In this document: positions 21,979 through 36,530 of the stretch, piece after piece
Layout of the letters: each line of letters opens with the position of its first letter
Position numbering within the stretch: the first letter of the stretch is position 1
Assembly (NCBI RefSeq): GCF_003334785.1
Contig: NZ_QOWV01000001.1
Length of the DNA stretch: 64,000 nt
Source: Escherichia coli
GTDB lineage: Bacteria > Pseudomonadota > Gammaproteobacteria > Enterobacterales > Enterobacteriaceae
Reading direction: 5' to 3' (one strand)
Translations under genes and position numbers: made by a program
The notes under the pieces: model-generated
Seen by the model: only the letters and a program-made list of their open reading frames with translations
What the model was told of the DNA's origin: nothing
Databases searched by the model: none

Positions 21979-24240
21979 ATGATCAAGTTATCTGAAAAAG
22001 GCGTGTTTCTCGCCAGTAATAACGAAATAATTGCCGAAGAACATTTCACCGGCGAAATTAAAAAAGAAGAAGCCAAAAAAGGCACTATTGCCTGGTCTAT
22101 TCTCTCTTCGCATAATACGTCCGGAAATATGGATAAACTTAAAATTAAGTTTGATTCATTAGCCTCTCACGATATTACCTTTGTTGGTATTGTACAGACC
22201 GCTAAAGCGTCCGGTATGGAACGTTTCCCGCTGCCGTATGTGCTGACCAACTGCCATAACTCACTCTGCGCCGTCGGCGGCACTATTAACGGTGATGACC
22301 ATGTTTTTGGTTTATCGGCGGCCCAGCGTTATGGCGGTATTTTTGTGCCTCCGCATATTGCGGTCATCCATCAATATATGCGTGAGATGATGGCAGGCGG
22401 CGGCAAAATGATCCTCGGGTCAGACAGCCACACCCGTTACGGTGCATTAGGGACAATGGCAGTCGGTGAGGGCGGCGGTGAGTTGGTAAAACAGCTGCTT
22501 AATGACACCTGGGATATCGACTATCCGGGCGTGGTTGCGGTGCATCTGACCGGAAAACCTGCGCCGTATGTGGGGCCACAGGATGTGGCGCTGGCTATCA
22601 TTGGCGCGGTGTTCAAAAACGGTTACGTCAAAAACAAAGTCATGGAGTTCGTTGGACCGGGCGTTAGCGCGCTCTCTACCGATTTCCGTAACAGCGTTGA
22701 CGTGATGACCACTGAAACGACCTGTTTAAGTTCTGTCTGGCAAACCGATGAAGAAGTCCATAACTGGCTGGCGCTGCACGGTCGCGGCCAGGATTACTGC
22801 CAGCTTAACCCTCAACCGATGGCGTACTACGATGGCTGCATCAGCGTTGATTTAAGCGCCATCAAACCAATGATTGCGCTGCCGTTCCACCCGAGCAACG
22901 TGTATGAAATCGACACACTGAACCAGAACCTGACCGACATTCTGCGTGAGATTGAAATTGAGTCCGAACGCGTGGCGCACGGTAAAGCCAAACTCTCGCT
23001 GCTGGATAAAGTGGAAAATGGTCGCCTGAAAGTGCAGCAGGGGATTATCGCGGGCTGTTCTGGCGGTAACTACGAAAACGTCATCGCGGCGGCGAATGCA
23101 CTGCGCGGTCAATCCTGTGGCAATGACACCTTCTCGCTGGCAGTTTACCCGTCATCACAGCCGGTGTTTATGGATCTCGCCAAAAAAGGTGTGGTAGCAG
23201 ATTTGATTGGCGCAGGCGCAATCATCAGAACCGCGTTCTGCGGCCCATGCTTTGGCGCGGGCGATACGCCAATCAACAACGGTTTGAGTATTCGCCACAC
23301 CACGCGTAACTTCCCGAACCGCGAAGGCTCTAAGCCAGCTAATGGGCAGATGTCAGCGGTGGCGTTGATGGACGCTCGTTCTATCGCTGCGACTGCGGCA
23401 AACGGTGGCTATTTAACCTCTGCCAGCGAACTTGATTGCTGGGACAACGTGCCGGAGTACGCCTTCGATGTAACGCCGTATAAAAACCGTGTTTATCAGG
23501 GCTTTGTGAAAGGGGCAACTCAGCAACCGCTGATTTACGGGCCGAACATTAAAGACTGGCCGGAATTGGGTGCGCTGACTGACAATATCGTCCTGAAAGT
23601 GTGCTCGAAGATCCTCGACGAAGTGACCACCACCGACGAACTGATTCCTTCCGGTGAAACCTCTTCTTATCGTTCAAATCCGATTGGTCTGGCGGAGTTT
23701 ACCCTGTCTCGCCGCGATCCCGGTTATGTTAGCAGAAGTAAAGCGACTGCTGAGCTGGAAAATCAGCGTCTGGCGGGGAATGTCAGCGAGCTGACAGAGG
23801 TGTTTGCGCGCATTAAGCAGATTGCTGGTCAGGAGCATATTGATCCGCTGCAAACTGAAATTGGCAGCATGGTCTATGCGGTGAAACCAGGCGATGGTTC
23901 TGCGCGTGAACAGGCGGCGAGCTGCCAGCGTGTGATTGGCGGTCTGGCGAATATTGCCGAGGAGTACGCGACTAAACGCTATCGTTCTAACGTCATCAAC
24001 TGGGGGATGTTACCGCTGCAAATGGCGGAAGTACCAACCTTTGAAGTGGGGGATTACATTTACATCCCTGGCATTAAAGCGGCGCTGGATAATCCGGGTA
24101 CGACGTTTAAAGGTTATGTGATCCATGAAGATGCGCCGGTAACGGAAATTACGCTCTATATGGAAAGTCTGACTGCTGAAGAGCGCGAGATTATCAAGGC
24201 GGGTAGTTTGATTAACTTCAATAAAAACCGTCAGATGTAA
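21979..24240 (+). CDS. ybhJ: Aconitase-family protein
   Basis: Start placed at [10 protein letters not shown] with a GGAG RBS; 753 aa. Confidence 0.85.
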
Positions 24241-24249
24241 AAAGCGCCA

Positions 24250-24465
<216 letters not shown>

Positions 24466-24473
24466 AATTGCTC

Positions 24474-25757
24474 TTACTTCTTCGCCTCTGCAACCACTTT
24501 ACTACCCACGCCGCGGTTATTGTATTCCCACATGCGGTTGTAGTTAGTGTCATTCAGATTGCGCTGTATTTCGTCGTTATCATCTACGCTGCCGGTATTA
24601 CCCGCAAACGGACGATTAGAGATCACCGCATCGGCCCACGGTTTAGCCGTGTTAAAACCTTCGTTGATGGCGCTATCACGGATCACCACCTGACCGTTGG
24701 TATTGGCATCAACATCCAGCGAGCGGCCCAGTTGCGCCACACCATCACCGAAAGCATTGAAACGGCTGTTTACGGCGAGGAAACCGTAGTAAATGTTGGA
24801 CAGCGTAGCCGGTGCAAACACATACGCTTCTTGCTGAGTACGTGAGTTCACCACGCGGAATTCGGTGTTATCGAACACCACTGCGCCGCGACCAGAAACG
24901 ATATCCACATCCCCTTCAATGTAGCTGTTGGTCACCAGCGTACGCGGCTGACGATTTGTTTCCAGACGGTTCTGCACACCGCTGTTGGTGACAAAGAAGG
25001 TGTTCTGACGACCGAGAATGTTAACGTTGTTAATCTGTACCTGGTCACCATCAGTACGCAGTGCCACCGCCGGATGGTTACCTGCATCTACGCTATCGCC
25101 CAGCGTGTTTTCGATGGTCAGATTTTGCAGTTGCAGGCCATTGTTTTGTGACCAGAAGACCGCAGAGCAGAGAACACCGATACTGTCGCTGCGTTTGCTC
25201 TGGCAGCTATCGTACATATACCACGCTGGTTTACCTGGCATATATTTGCCGCGCGGGTTGACGTCGTGACGCCAGTCGGCAGGGCTCATGCCACCATCAA
25301 GGGAAAGCCCAATCTTCACATCAATCGGTTTTTCACCTGTACCGTACAGAGTAATTCCACCCGGAGCGGCAGGGACATATACCGTTCCCTGATACTCACC
25401 AGGCATCACGGCAATATACTGGCGCTTGTTGGTACGCTTGATAATTGCCGCATCTACCGCCGCCTGAATCGTGGTATGCGTTACACCTTGAGTGCCCGCC
25501 GGGCCGACAACAAAGTCAGGTTGCGCAGGCAGGGTAATCGGGGAAGGATTCCACGCTGCAGCACCTGGTGTCAGGGATGCAAAATAGTGTTGAGCATCGA
25601 AATTCTGCGCTTCTTTTGCCGACAGAATCGGGCGAGAAGAGGTACCAGGCGCGGTTTGATCAGAAGGACGTTGATCGGGCGGGGTTGAGCTACAGGCGGT
25701 CAGCGTCACGCCAAAAGCCAATGCCAGCGCCAGACGGGAAACTGAAAATGTGTTCAC
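24474..25757 (-). CDS. ybhC: Outer-membrane lipoprotein, pectinesterase-like fold (putative acyl-CoA thioesterase)
   Basis: 427-aa ORF with a lipoprotein signal (LTAC). Confidence 0.85.
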   Translation of the reverse strand: MNTFSVSRLALALAFGVTLTACSSTPPDQRPSDQTAPGTSSRPILSAKEAQNFDAQHYFASLTPGAAAWNPSPITLPAQPDFVVGPAGTQGVTHTTIQAAVDAAIIKRTNKRQYIAVMPGEYQGTVYVPAAPGGITLYGTGEKPIDVKIGLSLDGGMSPADWRHDVNPRGKYMPGKPAWYMYDSCQSKRSDSIGVLCSAVFWSQNNGLQLQNLTIENTLGDSVDAGNHPAVALRTDGDQVQINNVNILGRQNTFFVTNSGVQNRLETNRQPRTLVTNSYIEGDVDIVSGRGAVVFDNTEFRVVNSRTQQEAYVFAPATLSNIYYGFLAVNSRFNAFGDGVAQLGRSLDVDANTNGQVVIRDSAINEGFNTAKPWADAVISNRPFAGNTGSVDDNDEIQRNLNDTNYNRMWEYNNRGVGSKVVAEAKK

Positions 25758-25908
25758 AGGTTGCTCCGGGCTATGAAATAGAAAAATGAATCCGTTGAAG
25801 CCTGCTTTTTTATACTAACTTGAGCGAAACGGGAAGGTAAAAAGACAAAAAGTTGTTTTTAATACCTTTAAGTGATACCAGATGGCATTGCGCCATCTGG
25901 CAGAGTGA

Positions 25909-26385
25909 TTAACTAAACATCGCAGTAATCGAGGCGCTTGCCAGAGAGTGGAAATGAACGTTAAACCCGACCATCGCGCCGCTGGCACCTTCATCGACAT
26001 CAATACGTTCTATATCCAGCGCGTGAACGGTAAAAATGTAGCGATGAGTTTCGCCTTTCGGCGGTGCTGCGCCATCGTACCCGGTTTTACCAAAGTCGGT
26101 ACGCGTCTGCAAAACGCCGTCTGGCATTGCTACCAGACCAGAGCCAAACCCTTGCGGTAATACGCGGGTATCAGCGGGTAAGTTAACAACTACCCAGTGC
26201 CACCAGCCGGAGCCGGTTGGCGCATCCGGGTCGTAGCAGGTGACAACAAAACTTTTCGTTCCCGCAGGAACATCATCCCACGCCAGATGCGGTGAAATAT
26301 TATCGCCATCGTAACCCATGCCGTTAAAGACATGACGATGCGGCAATTTATCGCCATCGCGCAGATCGTTACTGATGAGTTTCAT
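25909..26385 (-). CDS. ybhB: PEBP/RKIP-family protein
   Basis: 158-aa ORF immediately downstream of bioA on the same strand. Confidence 0.85.
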   Translation of the reverse strand: MKLISNDLRDGDKLPHRHVFNGMGYDGDNISPHLAWDDVPAGTKSFVVTCYDPDAPTGSGWWHWVVVNLPADTRVLPQGFGSGLVAMPDGVLQTRTDFGKTGYDGAAPPKGETHRYIFTVHALDIERIDVDEGASGAMVGFNVHFHSLASASITAMFS

Positions 26386-26443
26386 GAACCCTCCTTTCTT
26401 GTTTGCAGAAAGTGTAGCCAGAAACCCTCACGCGGACTTCTCG

Positions 26444-27733
26444 TTATTGGCAAAAAAATGTTTCATCCTGTACCGCGCGGTTAACCGCTGCGGTCAGACG
26501 CTGCAACTGTTGCGGGAGAATAATATAGGGCGGCATCAGGTAAATCAGTTTGCCAAAAGGCCGGATCCAGACACCCTGTTCGACAAAGAATTTTTGCAGC
26601 GCCGCCATATTCACCGGATGAGTGGTTTCGACCACGCCAATGGCCCCCAGTACGCGCACATCGGCAACCATTTCGGCATCACGGGCGGGGGCAAGTTGCT
26701 CGCGCAGCTGTACTTCAATATCCGCCACCTGTTGCTGCCAGTCGCCAGATTCGAGAATCGCCAGGCTGGCGTTTGCTGCCGCGCAGGCCAGCGGATTGCC
26801 CATAAAAGTTGGCCCATGCATAAAGCAACCGGCTTCACCGTTACTGATGGTTTCTGCAACCTCGCGCGTGGTGAGTGTGGCGGAAAGGGTCATTGTGCCG
26901 CCGGTTAAGGCTTTACCGAGGCACAAAATGTCCGGCGCGATTTCTGCATGTTCACAGGCAAACAGTTTCCCGGTACGACCAAATCCAGTGGCGATCTCGT
27001 CGGCAATCAGCAAGATACCTTCGCGATCGCATATTTTGCGGATTCGTTTTAACCATTCCGGATGGTACATGCGCATCCCGCCTGCGCCCTGGACAATCGG
27101 CTCAATGATCACCGCCGCGATTTCATGACGATGCGCCGCCATCAGGCGGGCAAAGCCCACCATATCGCGCTCATCCCATTCGCCATCCATGCGGCTTTGC
27201 GGGGCGGGAGCAAACAGGTTTTCTGGCAGGTAGCCTTTCCACAGACTGTGCATTGAGTTATCCGGATCGCACACCGACATCGCGCCAAAGGTATCGCCAT
27301 GATAACCATTGCGGAAGGTCAGAAAACGCTGGCGCGCTTCGCCTTTGGCTTGCCAGTACTGCAACGCCATTTTCATCGCCACTTCCACCGCTACGGAACC
27401 GGAGTCCGCGAGAAAAACGCACTCCAGCGGTTGCGGCGTCATCGCCACCAGTTTGCGGCACAGCTCAATGGCTGGCGCATGGGTGATACCGCCAAACATC
27501 ACATGCGACATGGCATCAATTTGCGACTTCATCGCCGCATTAAGCTGCGGGTGATTGTAGCCGTGGATCGCCGCCCACCAGGACGACATACCGTCAACCA
27601 GGCGTCTGCCGTCAGACAAAATCAGCTCGCAACCTTCGGCGCTCACCACCGGATAAACCGGCAGAGGGGAGGTCATGGATGTGTATGGGTGCCAGATATG
27701 GCGTTGGTCAAAGGCAAGATCGTCCGTTGTCAT
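26444..27733 (-). CDS. bioA: Adenosylmethionine-8-amino-7-oxononanoate aminotransferase
   Basis: Start placed at [20 protein letters not shown]; the ORF-track 37-aa extension, which would cover the bio operator, was rejected; 429 aa. Confidence 0.93.
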   Translation of the reverse strand: MTTDDLAFDQRHIWHPYTSMTSPLPVYPVVSAEGCELILSDGRRLVDGMSSWWAAIHGYNHPQLNAAMKSQIDAMSHVMFGGITHAPAIELCRKLVAMTPQPLECVFLADSGSVAVEVAMKMALQYWQAKGEARQRFLTFRNGYHGDTFGAMSVCDPDNSMHSLWKGYLPENLFAPAPQSRMDGEWDERDMVGFARLMAAHRHEIAAVIIEPIVQGAGGMRMYHPEWLKRIRKICDREGILLIADEIATGFGRTGKLFACEHAEIAPDILCLGKALTGGTMTLSATLTTREVAETISNGEAGCFMHGPTFMGNPLACAAANASLAILESGDWQQQVADIEVQLREQLAPARDAEMVADVRVLGAIGVVETTHPVNMAALQKFFVEQGVWIRPFGKLIYLMPPYIILPQQLQRLTAAVNRAVQDETFFCQ

Positions 27734-27738
27734 AATCG

Positions 27739-27778
27739 ACTTGTAAACCAAATTGAAAAGATTTAGGTTTACAAGTCT
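27739..27778. promoter_or_regulatory. bio operator (BirA binding site) with divergent bio promoters
   Basis: 40-bp imperfect palindrome ttgtaaacc...ggtttacaa between bioA and bioB. Confidence 0.8.
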
Positions 27779-27819
27779 ACACCGAATTAACAACAAAAAA
27801 CACGTTTTGGAGAAGCCCC

Positions 27820-28860
27820 ATGGCTCACCGCCCACGCTGGACATTGTCGCAAGTCACAGAATTATTTGAAAAACCGTTGCTGGATCTGCTGTTTGAAGCG
27901 CAGCAGGTGCATCGCCAGCATTTCGATCCTCGTCAGGTGCAGGTCAGCACGTTGCTGTCGATTAAGACCGGAGCTTGTCCGGAAGATTGCAAATACTGCC
28001 CGCAAAGCTCGCGCTACAAAACCGGGCTGGAAGCCGAGCGGTTGATGGAAGTTGAACAGGTGCTGGAGTCGGCGCGCAAAGCGAAAGCGGCAGGATCGAC
28101 GCGCTTCTGTATGGGCGCGGCGTGGAAGAATCCCCACGAACGCGATATGCCGTACCTGGAACAAATGGTGCAGGGGGTAAAAGCGATGGGGCTGGAGGCG
28201 TGTATGACGCTGGGCACGTTGAGTGAATCTCAGGCGCAGCGCCTCGCGAACGCCGGGCTGGATTACTACAACCACAACCTGGACACCTCGCCGGAGTTTT
28301 ACGGCAATATCATCACCACACGCACTTATCAGGAACGCCTCGATACGCTGGAAAAAGTGCGCGATGCCGGGATCAAAGTCTGTTCTGGCGGCATTGTGGG
28401 CTTAGGCGAAACGGTAAAAGATCGCGCCGGATTATTGCTGCAACTGGCAAACCTGCCGACGCCGCCGGAAAGCGTGCCAATCAACATGCTGGTGAAGGTG
28501 AAAGGCACGCCGCTTGCCGATAACGATGATGTCGATGCCTTTGATTTTATTCGCACCATTGCGGTCGCGCGGATCATGATGCCAACCTCTTACGTGCGCC
28601 TTTCTGCCGGACGCGAGCAGATGAACGAACAGACTCAGGCGATGTGCTTTATGGCAGGCGCAAACTCGATTTTCTACGGTTGCAAACTGCTGACCACGCC
28701 GAATCCGGAAGAAGATAAAGACCTGCAACTGTTCCGCAAACTGGGGCTAAATCCGCAGCAAACTGCCGTGCTGGCAGGGGATAACGAACAACAGCAACGT
28801 CTTGAACAGGCGCTGATGACCCCGGACACCGACGAATATTACAACGCGGCAGCATTATGA
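27820..28860 (+). CDS. bioB: Biotin synthase (radical SAM)
   Basis: 346-aa ORF with CPEDCKYC. Confidence 0.95.
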   Translation: MAHRPRWTLSQVTELFEKPLLDLLFEAQQVHRQHFDPRQVQVSTLLSIKTGACPEDCKYCPQSSRYKTGLEAERLMEVEQVLESARKAKAAGSTRFCMGAAWKNPHERDMPYLEQMVQGVKAMGLEACMTLGTLSESQAQRLANAGLDYYNHNLDTSPEFYGNIITTRTYQERLDTLEKVRDAGIKVCSGGIVGLGETVKDRAGLLLQLANLPTPPESVPINMLVKVKGTPLADNDDVDAFDFIRTIAVARIMMPTSYVRLSAGREQMNEQTQAMCFMAGANSIFYGCKLLTTPNPEEDKDLQLFRKLGLNPQQTAVLAGDNEQQQRLEQALMTPDTDEYYNAAAL

Positions 28861-30011
28861 GCTGGCAGGAGAAAATCAACGCGGCGCTCGATGCGCGGCG
28901 TGCTGCCGATGCCCTGCGTCGCCGTTATCCGGTGGCGCAAGGAGCCGGACGCTGGCTGGTGGCGGATGATCGCCAGTATCTGAACTTTTCCAGTAACGAT
29001 TATTTAGGTTTAAGCCATCATCCGCAAATTATCCGTGCCTGGCAGCAGGGGGCGGAGCAATTTGGCATCGGTAGCGGCGGCTCCGGTCACGTCAGCGGTT
29101 ATAGCGTGGTGCATCAGGCACTGGAAGAAGAGCTGGCCGAGTGGCTTGGCTATTCGCGGGCACTGCTGTTTATCTCTGGTTTCGCCGCTAATCAGGCAGT
29201 TATTGCCGCGATGATGGCGAAAGAGGACCGTATTGCTGCCGACCGGCTTAGCCATGCCTCATTGCTGGAAGCTGCCAGTTTAAGCCCGTCGCAGCTTCGC
29301 CGTTTTGCTCATAACGATGTCACTCATTTGGCGCGATTGCTTGCTTCCCCCTGTCCGGGGCAGCAAATGGTGGTGACAGAAGGCGTGTTCAGCATGGACG
29401 GCGATAGTGCGCCACTGGCGGAAATCCAGCAGGTAACGCAACAGCACAATGGCTGGTTGATGGTCGATGATGCCCACGGCACGGGCGTTATCGGGGAGCA
29501 GGGGCGCGGCAGCTGCTGGCTGCAAAAGGTAAAACCAGAATTGCTGGTAGTGACTTTTGGCAAAGGATTTGGCGTCAGCGGGGCAGCGGTGCTTTGCTCC
29601 AGTACGGTGGCGGATTATCTGCTGCAATTCGCCCGCCACCTTATCTACAGCACCAGTATGCCGCCCGCTCAGGCGCAGGCATTACGTGCGTCGCTGGCGG
29701 TCATTCGCAGTGATGAGGGTGATGCACGGCGCGAAAAACTGGCGGCACTCATTACGCGTTTTCGTGCCGGAGTACAGGATTTGCCGTTTACGCTTGCTGA
29801 TTCATGCAGCGCCATCCAGCCATTGATTGTCGGTGATAACAGCCGTGCGTTACAACTGGCAGAAAAACTGCGCCAGCAAGGCTGCTGGGTCACGGCGATT
29901 CGCCCGCCAACCGTACCCGCTGGTACTGCGCGACTGCGCTTAACGCTAACCGCTGCGCATGAAATGCAGGATATCGACCGTCTGCTGGAGGTGCTGCATG
30001 GCAACGGTTAA
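28857..30011 (+). CDS. bioF: 8-amino-7-oxononanoate synthase
   Basis: 384-aa PLP-dependent ORF; overlaps the bioB stop. Confidence 0.95.
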
Positions 30012-30753
30012 TAAACAAGCCATTGCAGCGGCATTTGGTCGGGCAGCCGCACACTATGAGCAACATGCAGATCTACAGCGCCAGAGTGCTGACGCCTTAC
30101 TGGCAATGCTTCCACAGCGTAAATACACCCACGTACTGGACGCGGGTTGTGGACCTGGCTGGATGAGCCGCCACTGGCGGGAACGTCACGCGCAGGTGAC
30201 GGCCTTAGATCTCTCGCCGCCAATGCTTGTTCAGGCACGCCAGAAGGATGCCGCAGACCATTATCTGGCGGGAGATATCGAATCCCTGCCGTTAGCGACT
30301 GCGACGTTCGATCTTGCATGGAGCAATCTCGCAGTGCAGTGGTGCGGTAATTTATCCACGGCACTCCGCGAGCTGTATCGGGTGGTGCGCCCCAAAGGCG
30401 TGGTCGCGTTTACCACGCTGGTGCAGGGATCGTTACCCGAACTACATCAGGCGTGGCAGGCGGTGGACGAGCGTCCGCATGCTAATCGCTTTTTACCGCC
30501 AGATGAAATCGAACAGTCGCTGAACGGCGTGCATTATCAACATCATATTCAGCCCATCACGCTGTGGTTTGATGATGCGCTCAGTGCCATGCGTTCGCTG
30601 AAAGGCATCGGTGCCACGCATCTTCATGAAGGGCGCGACCCGCGAATATTAACGCGTTCGCAGTTGCAGCGATTGCAACTGGCCTGGCCGCAACAGCAGG
30701 GGCGATATCCTCTGACGTATCATCTTTTTTTGGGAGTGATTGCTCGTGAGTAA
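29998..30753 (+). CDS. bioC: Malonyl-ACP O-methyltransferase
   Basis: Start placed at [15 protein letters not shown]; SAM methyltransferase motif LDAGCGPG; 251 aa. Confidence 0.92.
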
Positions 30754-31423
30754 ACGTTATTTTGTCACCGGAACGGATACCGAAGTGGGGAAAACTGTCG
30801 CCAGTTGTGCACTTTTACAAGCCGCAAAGGCAGCAGGCTACCGGACGGCAGGTTATAAACCGGTCGCCTCTGGCAGCGAAAAGACCCCGGAAGGTTTACG
30901 CAATAGCGACGCGCTGGCGTTACAGCGCAACAGCAGCCTGCAGCTGGATTACGCAACAGTAAATCCTTACACCTTCGCAGAACCCACTTCGCCGCACATC
31001 ATCAGCGCGCAAGAGGGCAGACCGATAGAATCATTGGTAATGAGCGCCGGATTACGCGCGCTTGAACAACAGGCTGACTGGGTGTTAGTGGAAGGTGCTG
31101 GCGGCTGGTTTACGCCGCTTTCTGACACTTTCACTTTTGCAGATTGGGTAACACAGGAACAACTGCCGGTGATACTGGTAGTTGGTGTGAAACTCGGCTG
31201 TATTAATCACGCGATGTTGACTGCACAGGTAATACAACACGCCGGACTGACTCTGGCGGGTTGGGTGGCGAACGATGTTACGCCTCCGGGAAAACGTCAC
31301 GCTGAATATATGACCACGCTCACCCGCATGATTCCCGCGCCGCTGCTGGGAGAGATCCCCTGGCTTGCAGAAAATCCAGAAAATGCGGCAACCGGAAAGT
31401 ACATAAACCTTGCCTTGTTGTAG
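30746..31423 (+). CDS. bioD: Dethiobiotin synthetase
   Basis: GTG start giving [17 protein letters not shown] (P-loop); 225 aa. Confidence 0.92.
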
Positions 31424-31582
31424 CCATTCTGTATTTGGTTAAATTGCGAGCGAGATCGCGTCTTCGATTGACTGCAATTTAACCAATTAAATTCTAAAAT
31501 AATCACGAAAAAAATTTTACTTCCGCCTCATGCGGCGAATGTGGGAATTGCCCAGGCGGCGGGGGATAGGGGCTGGAGACAG

Positions 31583-31605
31583 TTATCCACTATTCCTGTG
31601 GATAA
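31583..31605. promoter_or_regulatory. Inverted pair of DnaA-box-like motifs upstream of uvrB
   Basis: ttatccact and tgtggataa (both matching TTATNCACA) in head-to-head orientation. Confidence 0.6.
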
Positions 31606-31907
31606 CCATGTGTATTAGAGTTAGAAAACACGAGGCAAGCGAGAGAATACGCGGCTTGCACGCGAATTGGCGTTAAAGACGGCTCAAAGAAATATCTTTT
31701 ATTTTTTAACTGGTTAGATAAATGCAATGGCAGTCACTGAACAGGCATCTCTTGCCATAAAACTGTCATCACTCATCTTGACAAATGTTAAAAAAGCCGT
31801 TGCTTTGGGGATAACCCGGTAAGGCCGGAGTTTTATCTCGCCACAGAGTAAATTTTGCTCATGATTGACAGCGGAGTTTACGCTGTATCAGAAATATTAT
31901 GGTGATG

Positions 31908-31927
31908 AACTGTTTTTTTATCCAGTA
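31908..31927. promoter_or_regulatory. LexA (SOS) box of uvrB
   Basis: aactgtttttttatccagta contains CTG-N10-CAG about 75 bp upstream of uvrB. Confidence 0.8.
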
Positions 31928-32001
31928 TAATTTGTTGGCATAATTAAGTACGACGAGTAAAATTACATACCTGCCCGCCCAACTCCTTCAGGTAGCGACT
32001 C

Positions 32002-34023
<2,022 letters not shown>

Positions 34024-34060
34024 CAGGATAGCGAAGAAGACTGATGACAAACGGAAAACA

Positions 34061-34159
34061 GCCTGATGCGCTACGCTTATCAGGCCTACATTTTCTCCGC
34101 AATATATTGAATTTGCGCGGTTTGTAGGCCGGATAAGGCGTTCACGCCGCATCCGGCAT
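34061..34159. repeat. Composite REP-spacer-REP element (BIME/RIP-like)
   Basis: gcctgatgcgctacgcttatcaggcc ... caatatattgaatttgc ... gtaggccggataaggcg..gccgcatccggc. Confidence 0.8.
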
Positions 34160-34214
34160 AAACAACGCGCACTTTGTCTTCAATAGGAAGCCGGAATTTT
34201 CCTTCGGATTTCCG

Positions 34215-35183
<969 letters not shown>

Positions 35184-35320
35184 TTAACCTGCCAATATTG
35201 AGGATACAAACTATTTTCTTCTACCTCTAAAGGACGATGCACGCTATGCCTCCCTGATGATGTATATCAAAGTAAAACCGCCATTTTCCCTTATTCTGTA
35301 GCGAAATAGCACGATCATGA

Positions 35321-35344
35321 CGCTATATACATGATTACATAGCG
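35321..35344. promoter_or_regulatory. ModE operator at the moa promoter
   Basis: cgctatatacatgattacatagcg inverted repeat, similar to the modA operator. Confidence 0.65.
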
Positions 35345-35389
35345 AAAGTGTGGATGGTAAAAATCTCATTTACACGCTAGTATCGGCAT

Positions 35390-35519
35390 AACCACTAAAC
35401 ACTCTAGCCTCTGCACCTGGGTCAACTGATACGGTGCTTTGGCCGTGACAATGCTCGTAAAGATTGCCACCAGGGCGAAGGAAGAAATGACTTCGCCTCC
35501 CGTATCTGGAAAGGTGTAC
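35390..35519 (+). ncRNA. Probable molybdenum cofactor (Moco) riboswitch leader
   Basis: Long structured 5' leader before moaA whose end overlaps the RBS; identified from the known moaA leader architecture, boundaries approximate. Confidence 0.5.
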
Positions 35520-36509
35520 ATGGCTTCACAACTGACTGATGCATTTGCGCGTAAGTTTTACTACTTGCGCCTGTCGATTACCGATGTGTGTAACTTTCGT
35601 TGCACCTACTGCCTGCCGGATGGCTACAAACCGAGCGGCGTCACCAATAAAGGCTTTCTTACCGTCGATGAAATTCGCCGGGTTACGCGCGCCTTCGCCA
35701 GTCTGGGCACCGAAAAAGTGCGCCTGACAGGAGGAGAGCCGTCTTTACGCCGCGACTTTACCGATATCATCGCCGCTGTGCGGGAAAACGACGCTATCCG
35801 CCAGATTGCGGTCACAACCAATGGTTACCGTCTGGAACGCGATGTGGCGAGCTGGCGCGATGCGGGACTTACTGGCATTAACGTCAGTGTCGACAGTCTG
35901 GACGCCCGCCAGTTTCACGCTATTACCGGGCAGGATAAATTCAACCAGGTCATGGCAGGGATTGATGCTGCATTTGAGGCCGGTTTTGAGAAGGTCAAAG
36001 TCAATACCGTGCTGATGCGTGATGTTAATCATCACCAGCTCGACACCTTTCTGAACTGGATCCAGCATCGCCCTATCCAGCTGCGTTTCATCGAACTGAT
36101 GGAAACGGGCGAGGGCAGCGAGCTCTTCCGTAAGCATCACATCTCTGGTCAGGTTCTGCGTGACGAGCTACTGCGTCGCGGCTGGATCCACCAATTACGT
36201 CAACGCAGCGACGGTCCCGCGCAAGTCTTTTGCCATCCAGATTACGCCGGAGAGATTGGCCTTATCATGCCGTATGAAAAAGACTTCTGCGCCACTTGCA
36301 ACCGCCTGCGCGTTTCCTCCATTGGTAAACTCCATCTCTGCCTGTTTGGTGAAGGCGGCGTTAACCTGCGCGATCTGCTGGAAGACGATACCCAGCAACA
36401 GGCGCTGGAAGCGCGTATTTCAGCGGCGCTGCGGGAGAAGAAACAGACCCATTTCCTGCATCAAAACAACACCGGTATTACGCAAAACTTATCGTACATT
36501 GGCGGCTAA
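35520..36509 (+). CDS. moaA: GTP 3',8-cyclase (radical SAM)
   Basis: Start placed at [17 protein letters not shown]; CNFRCTYC motif; 329 aa. Confidence 0.93.
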   Translation: MASQLTDAFARKFYYLRLSITDVCNFRCTYCLPDGYKPSGVTNKGFLTVDEIRRVTRAFASLGTEKVRLTGGEPSLRRDFTDIIAAVRENDAIRQIAVTTNGYRLERDVASWRDAGLTGINVSVDSLDARQFHAITGQDKFNQVMAGIDAAFEAGFEKVKVNTVLMRDVNHHQLDTFLNWIQHRPIQLRFIELMETGEGSELFRKHHISGQVLRDELLRRGWIHQLRQRSDGPAQVFCHPDYAGEIGLIMPYEKDFCATCNRLRVSSIGKLHLCLFGEGGVNLRDLLEDDTQQQALEARISAALREKKQTHFLHQNNTGITQNLSYIGG

Positions 36510-36530
36510 AACGTCAAAAGGAGAGATCAG

